A DNA stretch of 64,000 nt from assembly GCA_030390025.1 (NCBI GenBank), contig CM059431.1:138820001-138884000 (forward strand). Reading direction: 5' to 3'. The number at the start of each line of letters is the position of its first letter. Within the stretch, counting starts at the first letter, position 1. The notes below the pieces were generated by a model. It worked only from the letters and a program-made list of their open reading frames with translations, ran no database searches and was not told the DNA's origin. Shown here piece after piece: positions 1-11,339 of this stretch. The translations under genes were made by a program, and so were the position numbers. Source of the stretch: Squalus acanthias (lineage: Eukaryota).

Positions 1-1750
1 CCAGTTAAATACATATTTTGGTTCTGTCTTCACAAAGGAGGACACAAATAACCTCCCAGAGATTTTGGGGAACATAGGGTCTGATGAAAGTGAGGAACTG
101 AAAGAAATCAGTATTTGTAGGGAAATGGTGTTCGGGAAATTGAAGGAATTGAAGGCCGATAAATCCCCAGGGCCTTATAATCAACATACTTGGGTACTTA
201 AGGAAGTGGCCCTAGAAATAGTAGATGCATTGCTGATCATCTTCCAACATTCGATGGAATCTGGAACAGTACCCATGGATTGGAGGACAGCTAATGTTAC
301 CCCACTATTCAAAAACGGTGGCAGAGCGAAAACGGGGAATTACAGACCGGTAAGCCTGACATCGGAAGTGGGGAAAATGCGAGAGTCCATTCTAAAAGAT
401 GTAATAGCTGAGCACTTGTAAAATAGTGACGGGATCGGACAAAGTTAACATGGATTTACAAAAGGTAAATCATGCTTGACTAATCTACAGGAATTTTTTG
501 AAGATGTAACTGTTAAAATAGATAAGGGAGAAGCAGTGGATGTGGTGTATTTGGACTTCCAAAAGGCTTTTGATAAGGTCCCGCATAAGAGATTAGCGTG
601 TAAAGTTAAGGCACATGGGATTGGGGGCAAGGTATTGACTTGGATAGAGAACTGGTTGGCAGACAGAAAGCAAAGAGTTGGAATAAACGGGTCTTTTTCC
701 GGTTGGCAGGCAGTGACTAGTGGGTTACCACAGCGATCGGTCCTTGAACCCCACCTATTCACAATAGAAATTAATGATCTAGACAAGGGAACTAGATGTA
801 ATATCTCCAAGTTTGCAGACGACACAAAACTGGGTGGGCGTGTGTTCTACGAGGAGGATGCCCAGAAACTTCAGTATGCTTTGGACAGGTTGGGTGATTG
901 GGCAGAAGCGTGGCAGATGCAATATAACGTGGATAAATGCGAGGTTATCCACTCCGGTGTCAAAAACCAAAAGGCAGATAATTTTCTGAATGGCAATAGA
1001 TTGGGAGAAGGGGAAGTGCAACGAGACCTGGGTGTCCTTGTGCACCAGTCGCTGAAGGTCAGCACGCAGGTGCAGCAAGCCGTTAAGAAGGCAACTGGTA
1101 TGTTAGCCTTCATAGCGAGAGGTTGTGAATACAGGAACAAGGATGTCTTGCTGCAGTTGTACAGGGTCTTGGTGAGACAACACCTTGAGTACTGTGTGCA
1201 GTTTTGGTCGCCTTATCTGAGGAAGGATGTTCTTGCCATCGAAGGAGTTCAGCGAAGATTCAACAGGCTGATGCCTGGGATGGCAGGAATGACGTATGAA
1301 GAGAAATTGGGTCGATTGGGCTTATACTCGCTGGAGTTTAGAAGAATGAGAGGGGATCTCATTGAAACTTATAAAATTCTGACAGGACAGGACAAACTAG
1401 ATGCAGGAAGGATGTTCCCGATGGTCGGGGAGTCCAGAACCAGGGGTCACACTCTAAGGATAAGGGGTAAGCCATTTAGGACAGAAATTAGGAGGAATTT
1501 CTTCACCCAGAGAGTGGTGAACCTGTGGAATTCTCTGCCACAGAAGGCAGTAGAGGCCAATTCATTAAATAGATTCAAGAAGGAGTTGAATATATTTCTT
1601 AAGGCTAAAGGGATCAAGGGATATGGGGAGAAAGCAGGGACAGGGTACTGAATTTGGATGATCAGCCATGATCGCATTGAATGGCGGAGCAGGCTAGAGG
1701 GGCCGAATGGCCTACTCCTGCTCCTATCTTCTATGATTCCATGATTCTAT
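1..1750 (+). mobile_element. CR1 LINE, 3' part (ORF2 RT domain plus 3' UTR and microsatellite tail); continues left of the window
   Basis: One frame 2-1651 with in-frame stops at 419-421 and 446-448. CR1 motifs KSPGP, NYRPVSLTS, YLDFQKAFDKV, KFADDTKL, RDLGV, LEYCVQFWSP, FFTQRVVNLWNSLP. Tail GGCCGAATGGCCTACTCCTGCTCC followed by TATGATTC-like repeats. Confidence 0.95.
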
Positions 1751-3970
1751 AAACCTGCTGACAAGGATGGTGCTGATGTTGTTTGGCGAACCGACCTCTA
1801 CCTAGTGGAGGGTGAACGCCAACTCTCCGACACCTCCTCTTACCTCCAGCTGGACCATGACCCCACTACCGAACATCAAGCCACCGTTTCCAAGACCGTC
1901 ACTGACCTCATCTCCTCTGGAGAACTTCCGTCCACGGCCGCCAACGTCATAGCTCCCCAACCCCGCTCAGCTCGCCTCTACCTTATTCCCAAGATCCACC
2001 AACCGGACTGCCCTTGCAGATCCATCGTTTCAGCCTGTTCTTGCCCCACGGAACATATCTTTTCCTATCTCGACTCTATCGTTTCTCCCCTTGACTAGTC
2101 TCTTCCCAGCTACATCCGTGAATCTTCTGACCCACTCCGCCACTTTAACAGCTTCCAGTTTCCTGGCACCAACTGTCTCCTTTTTACTATGGACGTCCAA
2201 TCCCTCTGCACCTCCATCCCCCACAAGGATAGCCTGAGGGCGCGCCGCTTCTTCCCTGAACAGAGGCACAAACAGTGGCCATCCAACACCACCCTCCACC
2301 GCCTGGGTGAACTTGTTCTCACATTGAACAACTTCTCCTTTGACTCCACTCACTTCCTCCAAATTAAAGGTGTTGCTATGGGAACCCGCATGGGTCCCAG
2401 CTATGCCTGCCTTTTCGTGGGATATCTGGAACATTCTTTGTTTTATTCCTGGTTAGGTCCCCTCCCTCACCTCTTTTTCCGATACATTGATGACTTTATC
2501 CGTGCTGTTTCCTGCTCTCGCCCTGAACTAGAAAATGTAATTCACTTTGCTTTCAATTTCCACCCCTCCCTCACCTTCACATGGTCCATCTCCGACTCTT
2601 CCCTTCCCTTCCTCGACTTCTCTGACTCCATCTCTGGGGATAGGCTATTGACAAACTTTCACTAGAAGCCCACTGACTCCCACAGCAACCTGGGCTACAC
2701 TTCCTCTCACCCCGCTTCCTGTAAGGACTCTTTTCCAATCTCCCAGTTTCCCCATCTGCGCCGCATCTGCTCTGGCGATGCCACCTTCCATACTAGTGCT
2801 TCCGACATGTCTTCCCTTTTCCTTAACCGAGGATTCCCCTTTACTGTGATTGACACGGCCCTTGACCGTGTCTGTTCTATTTCCCGCACTTCCGCTCTCA
2901 CCCCTTCCCCTCCCTCCCGGAACCACGATACGGTTCCCCTTGTCCTCATCTTTCACCCCACCAGCCTCTACATTCAACGGATCATCCTCCACCATTTCCG
3001 CCACCTCCAGCATGATCCCACCATCAAACACATCTACCCCTCACCTCCCCTTGCAGCAGCCCGAAGGGACCACTCCCTCCGCGACACCCTGGTCCACTCC
3101 TCTATCACCCCCAGCACCAATTTCCCGTCGCCCGGCACCTTCCCATGCAAGCGCAGGAGATGCAACACATGTCCTTTTACCTCCACCCTTCCCACTATCC
3201 AGGGCTCCAAACACTCCTTCCAGGTGAAACAGCGTTTTACTTGTACTTCTTGCAAATTTGTGTACTGTATTCGCTGCTGACGATGTGGTCTCCTCGACAT
3301 TGCGGAGACCAAAGGCAGATTGGGTCACCGCTTTGCAGAACACCTCCGTTCAGTCTGCGAGGTTTACTCCGAGCTTCCGTTCACCTGTCACTTTAATTCT
3401 CCGCTCCACTCACACTCAGACCTCACCGTCCTCGGCTTATTACAGTGTTCAAATAAAGCTCAGTGTAAACTCGAGGAACAGCACCTCATCTTTCGATTAA
3501 GCACTTTACAACCTTCTGGACTCAACTTGGAGTTCAACAATTTCAGGCCATAACCTCTGCCCCTATCCTTTTCCTTCCATTTATTTTATTTTACCTAATT
3601 TATCATTTAAAAAAAAATTCACTCCCAAATGGCAGCTGTCTTTCATTCTGCCAGTGCCATTTACAATTCATCCAGAGCCATCTTTTGTTTCTTAACATGT
3701 CGCATTACCATCTCCTTTTGCCTTGCACCATCTCTTAATCTCTCTTAATCTCTCTTAATCTCTCTTGCCTTCCATCCTACACCAGGCCTTCCCTTTTGTT
3801 TTTTCCTCCCCTCCCCCCTTTCCCTGCCCCTGAACTTGCTTAAAAACTTGTTCCTTCTCCAGCTTTTTTCAGTTCTGACGGAGGGTCATCGACCTGAAAC
3901 GTTAACTCTGTTTTTCTCTTCACAGATGCTGCCTGACCTGCTGTGTATTTCCAGCATTTGCTGTTTTTAT
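1751..3970 (+). mobile_element. Penelope-like retroelement (RT plus GIY-YIG endonuclease), 5'-truncated and decayed
   Basis: A single frame 1751-3553 with three in-frame stops (2096, 2663, 3278) and no frameshift. Motifs KPADKDG, YLIPKIH, MDVQSL, GVAMGTRMGP, FRYIDD, LPFLD, KPTDSH, C-x4-C-x2-C, VYCIRC*RCGLLDIAET (degenerate GIY-YIG) and RFAEH. The 3' non-coding region has a hammerhead-like motif. Confidence 0.93.
3870..3910 (+). ncRNA. Minimal type-I hammerhead ribozyme-like motif in the Penelope-like element 3' region (core A9 changed to G)
   Basis: AGTT-CTGACGG-A-GGGTC-ATC-GACCT-GAAAC-GTT-AACT: CUGANGA-like core, stem II, GAAA, palindromic AACGTT at stem III, and stem I AGTT/AACT. Confidence 0.7.
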
Positions 3971-4330
3971 TACATTCTTAACAGAGCTTTGCATAGCTGT
4001 AGCATAACTTCTCCCCCTTATATTGTAGTCATCTAGATATAAATACCAGCATTCCAACAGTCTTTTTTGATTATATTCTGTATCTGCCCATGACATTTTA
4101 ATGATATATGCACATGGACCCCTAAGGCTATTTGGACCTCCACTGTTTCTAGTCTTTCACCATTCAGAAAGTATCCTGATCTATCCTTCTTAGGTCCCAT
4201 GTGGATGACCTCACACTTGCTTATATTTATAAGCATTTGCCACAGTTCACCCAATCACTTAATCTATGAATATATCTCTGTAATTTTATGTTTCCATCTA
4301 CACTGCTGACCATGCCGCATATCTTTGCAT
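3971..4330 (-). mobile_element. CR1 LINE ORF2 fragment
   Basis: Minus-strand translation WQMLINISKCEVIHMG...ERLETVEVQIALGVHVH. Confidence 0.85.
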
Positions 4331-4730
4331 ACTCCAGACACTTGAGCACATAAATCCAGGCTGAAAATCTAATGCGGTACTGAGCGTGTGTTGCACGGTC
4401 GGAGCTGCCATCTTCCGGATGAGACGTTAAACCGAGGCCCCGTCTACTCTCTCAGGTGGACGTAAAAGATCACGTGGCACTATTTCGAAGAAGAACAGGG
4501 AGTTATCCCCGGTGTCTTGGCCAATATTTATCCCTCAATCAACAGCATTGAAACATATTATCTGATCATTATCACGTTGCTGTTCATGGGAGTTTGCTGT
4601 TCGCAAATTGGCTGCCGCGTTTCGTACCTTAACACCGTAACCATACTTGAAAAAGGACTTCATTGTCTAGAAAGCTCTTTGGGACGTCTGATGGTCATGA
4701 AAGGCGCTCTATAAATGCAAGTCTTTCTCT
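4331..4730 (+). mobile_element. Deu-domain SINE (SacSINE1/AmnSINE-like), 5'-truncated, with L2-type tail
   Basis: GATGAGACGTTAAACCGAGGCCCCG...GGTGGACGTAAAAGATCACGTGGCACTATTTCGAAGAAGAACAGGGAGTTATCCCCGGTGTCTTGGCCAA resembles the Deu domain as I recall it. The 3' end AAGGCGCTCTATAAATGCAAGT resembles the L2 tail at ~9255-9310 (minus). Confidence 0.75.
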
Positions 4731-5191
4731 CCTTATAATCGTCAAACCTGGATATGTGCCTTATTAAAAAGATGGAAACACATGGATTTGAGTGGAATTT
4801 GGCGGTATTGATACAAAATTGGCTCAGTGACAGAAAGCAATTGGTGATAGTGGATGGATGTTTTCTTTACTATTTCACGATAAACAGAAACTTGCTTTAC
4901 AGTCTGTCTCACTAGTTCCCCAGTGTCAGGGAGAGAAGCGCAAGATGCCCTCATTTATTTACTGTAACAAAATGACACCACCGTTCTCACATCTGAGGCC
5001 GCTGTTAAAGAGCGTGTCCTTTGTGGGAGGGAGACTGTTCCTGAAGTGAAGCCGGCGGGGGCAGTCAGTCTGGGTGTGTGAGAGAAATGCGCTGTACAGG
5101 CGGGATTACTGGAGAATCAAATGCAATTGGTTGAGTGTGTAATGCAGCAGGTGAGCCAGTGAAAACCGTTGTATGGCCCACCGCAAGGAGA

Positions 5192-5251
5192 GCCCGGATA
5201 GCTCAGTCGGTGGAGCATCAGACTTTTAATCTGAGGGTCCAGGTTTCAAGT
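5192..5251 (+). pseudogene. tRNA-Lys(UUU) pseudogene, 3'-truncated
   Basis: GCCCGGATAGCTCAGTCGGTGGAGCATCAGACTTTTAATCTGAGGGTCCAGGTTTCAAGT matches nt 1-60 of vertebrate tRNA-Lys-TTT with 2 mismatches. The 3' T-stem and acceptor strand (CCCTGTTCGGGCG) is absent. Confidence 0.88.
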
Positions 5252-5324
5252 TTCCTTGCTGTTAAATCGCGATTCTTATCTCCACTTGCGTGTAGCACCC
5301 TGAAACACGATCACTTCACACTCA

Positions 5325-5670
5325 TTATAGGAACAGGAGTGAGCCATTTAACCCCTAGAGCCTGTTCCGCCATTTAATTAGATCATGGCATTATCTGTGA
5401 CCCAACTCCTTTTATATCCCTTTTCCATATATCACTTAGGTTAACAAAAAAACACCCTCGTGTGCATAATCTCTCCTCATAATTTAACTCTTGGAGTCTA
5501 CGTAAAATTCCGGTAAATCTACGCTGCACTCCCTCCAAGGCTAATACACCCTTCCAGAACTGAGCACAGTCTAACTAGGTCTTTGTATAGATGTAGCATA
5601 ACTTCTCCCCTTTATATTGTCGTCCTCTGGATATAAATACCAGCATTCCATTCGGCAATTTTGATTAAAT
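5325..5670 (-). mobile_element. CR1 3' end fragment
   Basis: Reverse complement of the CR1 tail (ATAGGAACAGGAGT...GAGCCTGTTCCGCCATT...GATCATGGC) plus ORF2 remnants. Confidence 0.75.
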
Positions 5671-5674
5671 TCTT

Positions 5675-6155
5675 TGGGAGGACGAAAATGGAAAGACATA
5701 CATCGCACAATTCTGAAAATGTTAAATGATCAGAGATACCTTGATGTCCACATCAACAAATCCTTAAATGTGGCAGGAAAAGTTGGCAGGTTTGTTAAAA
5801 ATCAAATGATTTATTTGGGTTTATAAATGGAGGGATAGAATATAACATCAAAGCGATAATGCTCGAACTTTATAAAACACTGGTAAAGCATCAGCTGGAG
5901 CATTGTTGACAATTCCAACACCACCCTTCAGGAAATATGTAAAGGTCTTGGAAAGGGAACAGAGGAGTTTTAACAGGATGTTACCAGGGATGAGGGTCTT
6001 CAGTTATGAGGAGAAGTTGGTAAAGTCAGGACTGTTTTCCTTGGAACAGGGAAGTTAAGAGGTGACCTAATAGAGGTATTCAAGATGATGTGAGGTTTGA
6101 TAGAGTAGATACTGAAATACTATTCTCTCTGGCGAGTGGGTCAATAACTAGAGAT
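5675..6155 (+). mobile_element. Old CR1 ORF2 fragment
   Basis: Degenerate sequence equivalent to the QRDLGV / LYKTLV / LERVQRRF / RGDLIEVFK region. Confidence 0.75.
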
Positions 6156-6759
6156 ATTGGCTAGTTTTATATACCAGAGAATTCCCAGTCAAATTAATGC
6201 ATGAAAGGCCAGGTTTGATGCCAGATGCTAAACTTCTCCCAATAGCTTGTTAGACTCTCACTTCAGCAAAATCATCGACTGAAGAGATTCTCAGTAAACA
6301 TCCTCACATTTCCAATCATTGTTGAAAATCCCGTTTCTGGTCTTCGACACTGGGGATCTTGAAACCAAATTAACGACCGTTCTCCAGTCCCAGTTAATGT
6401 AGTGATGGTTCTAATTCTCTATCTCCACCTTCATGTGATACTGATCAATCAAAGAAACTTTTAAGATAAATATGATTCATCTTGATCATAGAAGCTGTTA
6501 AAGGAAAACCATGGGACTGTGTTGGTAATTATTAATATATTTAATTTGATAATATTTACAACGTATTTGAATTACTTACTTTAATGTTAAAACGTACTGT
6601 TGATTGCCCCTATTTCTGGGCAATAAAATCACTCGCAATACCTGCTGCCAATTCCAGCACCGACCACAGTGACATCCCACTGATAGTGTTCAAAAAGGGC
6701 ACAAACCTGTCTCTAGGTGACTTCACAAATCAGACAGGAGCCAAACACACAGCGTCCAG

Positions 6760-7843
6760 GAGTAATGTTCACTATGGAGAAGGACGATGTAGGCATAGAA
6801 ATTTGGCAGGGGGATTGTGATATACATGAACAAATTAGTATTGAGATGGAGGAGGTACGAGCGGTTTTAGTGGGCTTAAAAGTGGATAAATCCCCAGGCC
6901 CAGACGAGATGTATCCCAGGCTGCTGTGTGAGGCAAGGGAGGAGATTGCAGGGGCTCTGACACAAGTTTTCAGAAACTCTCTGGCCACAGGGGAGGGGCC
7001 AGAGGACTGGAGGACAGCTAATGTAGTAACATTATTCAAGAAGGGTAGTAGGGATAAACAAGGGAATTACAGGCCAGTGAGCCTAACATCAGTGGTAGGG
7101 AAATTATTGGAAAAATTCTGAGGGACAGAATTAGTCTCCACTTGTCAAGGATAGACACTATCAAGGATAGTCAGCATGGCTTTGTCAGGGGGAGATCATG
7201 TCTAACCAAATTGATTGAATTTTTCGAGGGGGTGAAAAGGTGTGTGGATGTGGGTAGTGCAGTTGATGTGGTCTACATGGACTTCAGTAAGGCTTTTGAC
7301 AAAGTCCCGCATGGGAGACTGATCAAGAAGGCCAGAACCCATGGGATCGAGGGCAATTTGGCACATTGGATCCAAAATTGGCTTAGTGGCAGGAGGCAGA
7401 GGGTGATTTTCGAAGCTCGTTTGGTGACTGGAATCCTGTGTCCAGTGGTGTACCGCAGGGATCGGTGCTGGGTCCTTTGCTGTTTGTAGTGTACATTAAT
7501 GATTTAGATATGAATGTCGGAGGTATGATCAGCAAGTTCGCAGATGACACGAAAATTGGTGGAGTGGTAAATAACGAGGAGGGAAGCCTCAGGCTACAGG
7601 AGGATATAGACGGGTTGGTCAGATGGGCAGAACATTGGCAAATGAAATTTAACCCTGAAAAGTGTGAGGTGATGAATTTTGGGAGGATTAACAAGGAAGG
7701 TAATACATAATGAATGGTGGAATCATAGGGAGGAATGAGGATCAAAGGGACCTTGGTGCGCATGTACATAGATCCCTGAAGGTAGCAGGAGAGGTAGATA
7801 AGGTGGTTATAAAGACATATGGGATACTTGCCTTCATTAACCT
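6760..7843 (+). mobile_element. CR1 LINE ORF2 fragment (frameshifted)
   Basis: KSPGPDEMYPRLL, NYRPVSLTSVVGK, QHGFVRGRSCL, YMDFSKAFDKVPH, SGVPQGSVLGP, KFADDTK. Confidence 0.92.
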
Positions 7844-7963
7844 ATGCGGCGATGCCGGTGTTGGACTGGGTGGACAAAAATGAGAAGTCGCACAACACCA
7901 GGTTATAGTCCAACAGTTTTATTTAAAATTACGAGCTTTCGGAGCTCTGCTCCTTCTTGAGGT
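7844..7963 (-). mobile_element. Short Penelope-like terminal-repeat fragment carrying a degenerate minimal hammerhead (7931-7963, minus)
   Basis: Non-CR1 insert between two CR1 pieces. The minus strand reads AC-CTCAAGA-A-GGAGC-AGA-GCTCC-GAAA-GC-TC-GT. Confidence 0.6.
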
Positions 7964-7964
7964 A

Positions 7965-8934
7965 AAGGTACAGTAACCTGAATATCGGAATACAGAGTAG
8001 AATTTCTAAATTTGTTAATGACACCAAACTTGGGGGTGTGGCAAACAGTGAGGATGATACCTACCGATTTCAACAAGACATAGAAAGGCTAGCAGAATGA
8101 GCAGACAAGTGGTAGATGGAATTTAATACAGAGAAGTGTGAGGTGATGCATTTTGGCAGAAGGAACAGGGAGAAGTAATATGCACTTACTGGCACAGTTT
8201 TAAAGATTGTATAGGGACAGAGGGTCCTGGAAGTTAATGTGCATAGTTCCCTGAAGGTGGCAGAACATAAGGAGAGAGTGGTTAACAACGCATATCGGAT
8301 CTTGGGCTTCATAAATAGAGGTATTGAGTACACAAGTAATGAAGTTATGCTGAACCTTTATAAAGCACTGGTTAGGCCACAACTGGTGTATTGCGTTCCG
8401 TTCTGGTCACCACACATTTAGGAAGGATGTGAAAGCCCTTGAGAGGGTGCAGATTAGATTTACCAGATTGGTTTCGGGATTGGGAGATTTTAGCTACAAT
8501 GACAGATTGAAGAAGCTGGATTTTTTTACATTAGAGTAAAGGAGGTTGAGGGTTGATTTGACAGAGGTGTACACGATTATGATGGGTTTGGAAAGGCAAG
8601 ACGGGGAAAGGCTGTTCCCACTAGTTGATGGTATACTGGCTAGCGGACACAGATTTAAGGTTTTTGGCAAGAGATTCAGGGGGCCTTTTTGGAAAAACAT
8701 TTTTACACAGCGAGTGGTGAGGACCTGGAGATCGCTGCCGACGGAAGTGGTGGAAGCGGAGACACTTAATGTTTTCAAGGGGAGACTGGATAGGAGTTGA
8801 GGGAAATAAACTTGCAGGGCTACGGGGATAGAGCGGGGGAATGGGACTGACTGGATTGCTCTACAGAGAGCCGGCACGGACTCGCTGGGCCGAATGGCCT
8901 CCTTCTGTGCCGTTATGACTCTATGACTCTATGT
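7965..8934 (+). mobile_element. CR1 LINE 3' fragment with tail
   Basis: NLYKALVRPQLVYCVPFWSPH and FTQRVVRTWRSLP. Tail GGGCCGAATGGCCTCCTTCTGTGCCG(TATGACTC)n. Confidence 0.9.
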
Positions 8935-9249
8935 GGTCCAAATTGATTTCTGTTCCCAGAATTCAGTCTATGATCATTTTACGAAGGAACTTCGTTTGAT
9001 ATTGAACCTCCTGAGTCCCACACATCAACAAACTTTCGCTGGGCCATCAGCGTCCCTCTCCACAGGAGCCAGTGACCTAAAGTATCACAGGGCGAATGGA
9101 TCAAATTCAAAGAATTGGAAGTCTCTCTCACGCACACAGGGGCACGCTTTTGCTCCAACTTTTGTCTATATATTTCAGTCTATTTCTGTCTCTTTCCTTG
9201 TATCTCCCTCTCACTTCCGCTCTTTCGCCCTGTTGCTCTGCTTCATAAA

Positions 9250-9830
9250 AGCAACAACAATTTGCATTCATATAGCGTTTTAACGTAGTGAAACGTCACA
9301 CGGCGCCTCACAGGAGCGAGAGCGGACACAATTTGACACCGAGCAACGTATGGAGACGTTAGGACAAGTGACCAAAAGCTTGGTCAAAGAGGTAGGTTTG
9401 AAGCCGCGTCTTCAATGCGGAGAGAGAGGTGAAACAATGGAGAGGTACAGGGAGGGACAGCCAGAGCTGGGGACCCAAACGGCTGAAGGCACGGCCGCCA
9501 ATGTTGGAGTGAAGGAAATCGGGATTCGGAAGGTGGCAGAATCTGAGGAATGCAGAGTTCTGAGAAGATTTTCGGGCTGGAGGAGGTGACAGAGATAGGG
9601 ATAAGCGATCCATGGATGGATTCAACACAAGAAATGTAAATCGAGTTGTTGCTGGACCGGGAAACAATGTAGGCCAGCGAGCACAGGGGGTGAACCGGAT
9701 GTGGTGCGAGTTAGGACACGGGCAGCAGAGTTTTGTAAGAGCTGATGTTTATAGAGGGTGGAAGATGGGAGGACGGCCAGGTGAATATTGGAATAATCGA
9801 GTCTGGAGGAAACAAAAGCAAAGATGTAAA
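9250..9830 (-). mobile_element. L2 LINE 3' fragment
   Basis: Minus-strand translations FVSSRLDYSNIHLAVLP...LLQNSAARVLT and GGRAFSRLGPQLW.SLP...LKTRLQTYLF are typical of the L2 ORF2 C-terminus. Tail GCTATATGAATGCAAATTGTTGTTG. Confidence 0.85.
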
Positions 9831-10809
9831 AAAAATTCCTGTCTGTCAATCCATCTCACTCTGTCTGTAAAGACAGATTCAATCACCACCTGGGCGGAGC
9901 AGAGACGGGAAACTCTGCCAGGGAAAAGACCTTACAGAGAAGTGATCGAGAGCATCTATCAACGGGAGTCTTAAGAATGGGTAGAGGGGCCGTGTGAAAT
10001 ACTTGTGCTGAGGTTCTTGATGAGCTGGACGACGGTAACAAAATATATTTATAGTAGACAGCAAATAGAAGTCTGAAAATAATGGCGAACTTTGCATCCG
10101 GAGAAGGGTCGGGTCCATCCAGTGAGCGAGGGCGGCAATGTGGAGCAGTTTAACGTGGTTTAAGGGTCTCATGTTATGCAATTTTGTCAAAGGCAGTGTG
10201 AGTGAGTGTAAAATGAATACAGGATCTGTCTGGATTGCTCTGTATGTCAATGTAGTTGCTGCTGTGTTTGTCGATGAGATCTTAATAACAATGTGGGAGT
10301 TTTTACAATTCACTCTTGTCACAGGCTGAGCAGAAACACAGGGCCTGGGAGGGAAGGACAGCGGACCCTTTAAAGTTTGGGTTTTGCAGCTTTAAGGAGT
10401 TCCATTGGGGATCATTATCCCGCAGTGTATTTGCTGTTAATAAGCCGGTCACTATTAATCATTCTGGAGACTGGTACTTCTGTGAGGGCAGGAAGGATCC
10501 CAATGGTTTATGACCTCCTGCCGAGCGCCTGCACTGTCTGCGCCCTGTTGTTCAACAGTTTTCGGTTTGTCGGGTTTAACAATTGGTAACCTGGTATTCA
10601 ATTATAAGGTGAGTTTTGCAGTCCATCCCATTTACACGTCCCAGGCCAACACCAGGTCCCCCCAATACCCCCCACCCTTAACCCACACAACCCAGTCGCG
10701 ATTCCTGTCATGGCCGAGCGCCGGCAGTAGGGGAGGAAAATTCAGGTGTAGTTCCGGACCTCGCAGGTGATCGAGACCTTGTGGCTTCATTCCAACCTGA
10801 CCTCACTCG

Positions 10810-11321
10810 CAGCATCAATCATTTCTTCAATGCTTCCAGAGTTTCCCCTCCACTGATCTACCTGGGAGTCCGCTCCAAGTGTCAGCATCAATCATTTCTT
10901 CAATGTTTCCAGAGTTTCCCCTCCACTGATTTACCCGGGAGTCCGCTCCAAGTGTCAGCATCAATCACTTCTTCAACGTTTCCAGAGTTCCCCCTCCACT
11001 GATTTACCCGGGAGTCCGCTCCAAGTGTCAGCATCAATCACTTCTTCAATGTTTCCAGAGTTCCCCCTCCACTGATTTACCCGGGAGTCCGTTCCAAGTG
11101 TCAGCATCAATCACTTCTTCAATGTTTCCAGAGTTCCCCCTCCACTGATTTACCCGGGAGTCCGCTCCAAGTGTCAGCATCAATCATTTCTTCAACGTTT
11201 CCAGAGTTTCCCCTCCTCTGATCTACCTGGGAGTCCGCTCCAAGTGTCAGCATCAATCATTTCTTCAATGTTTCCAGAGTTTCCGCTGCACTGATGTACC
11301 CGGGAGTCCGCTCCAAGTGTC
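10810..11321. repeat. 73-bp tandem repeat, 7 copies
   Basis: Unit CAGCATCAATCATTTCTTCAATGTTTCCAGAGTTTCCCCTCCACTGATTTACCCGGGAGTCCGCTCCAAGTGT starts at 10810, 10883, 10956, 11029, 11102, 11175 and 11248. Confidence 0.97.
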
Positions 11322-11339
11322 GGTCACTCTTTGTTTCAA

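Noticed and set aside
476..1651. 391-aa ORF as an active reverse transcriptase gene
   Set aside because: It is part of a CR1 ORF2 with two upstream in-frame stops and an altered PQGSVLGP motif (PQRSVLEP).
5192..5264. Functional tRNA-Lys gene
   Set aside because: The acceptor stem cannot form because the 3' strand is missing.
9840..10200. Unique stretch with faint protein-like snippets (e.g. EKG...ARAAMWSSL), possibly a decayed exon
   Set aside because: It has stops and frameshifts, and the resemblance to any domain is too weak to support without a tBLASTx or HMM search.
10810..11321. CRISPR-like array (also considered for the 23-bp and 39-bp arrays)
   Set aside because: The units are contiguous tandem repeats with no unique spacers, there are no cas genes, and the context is eukaryotic.
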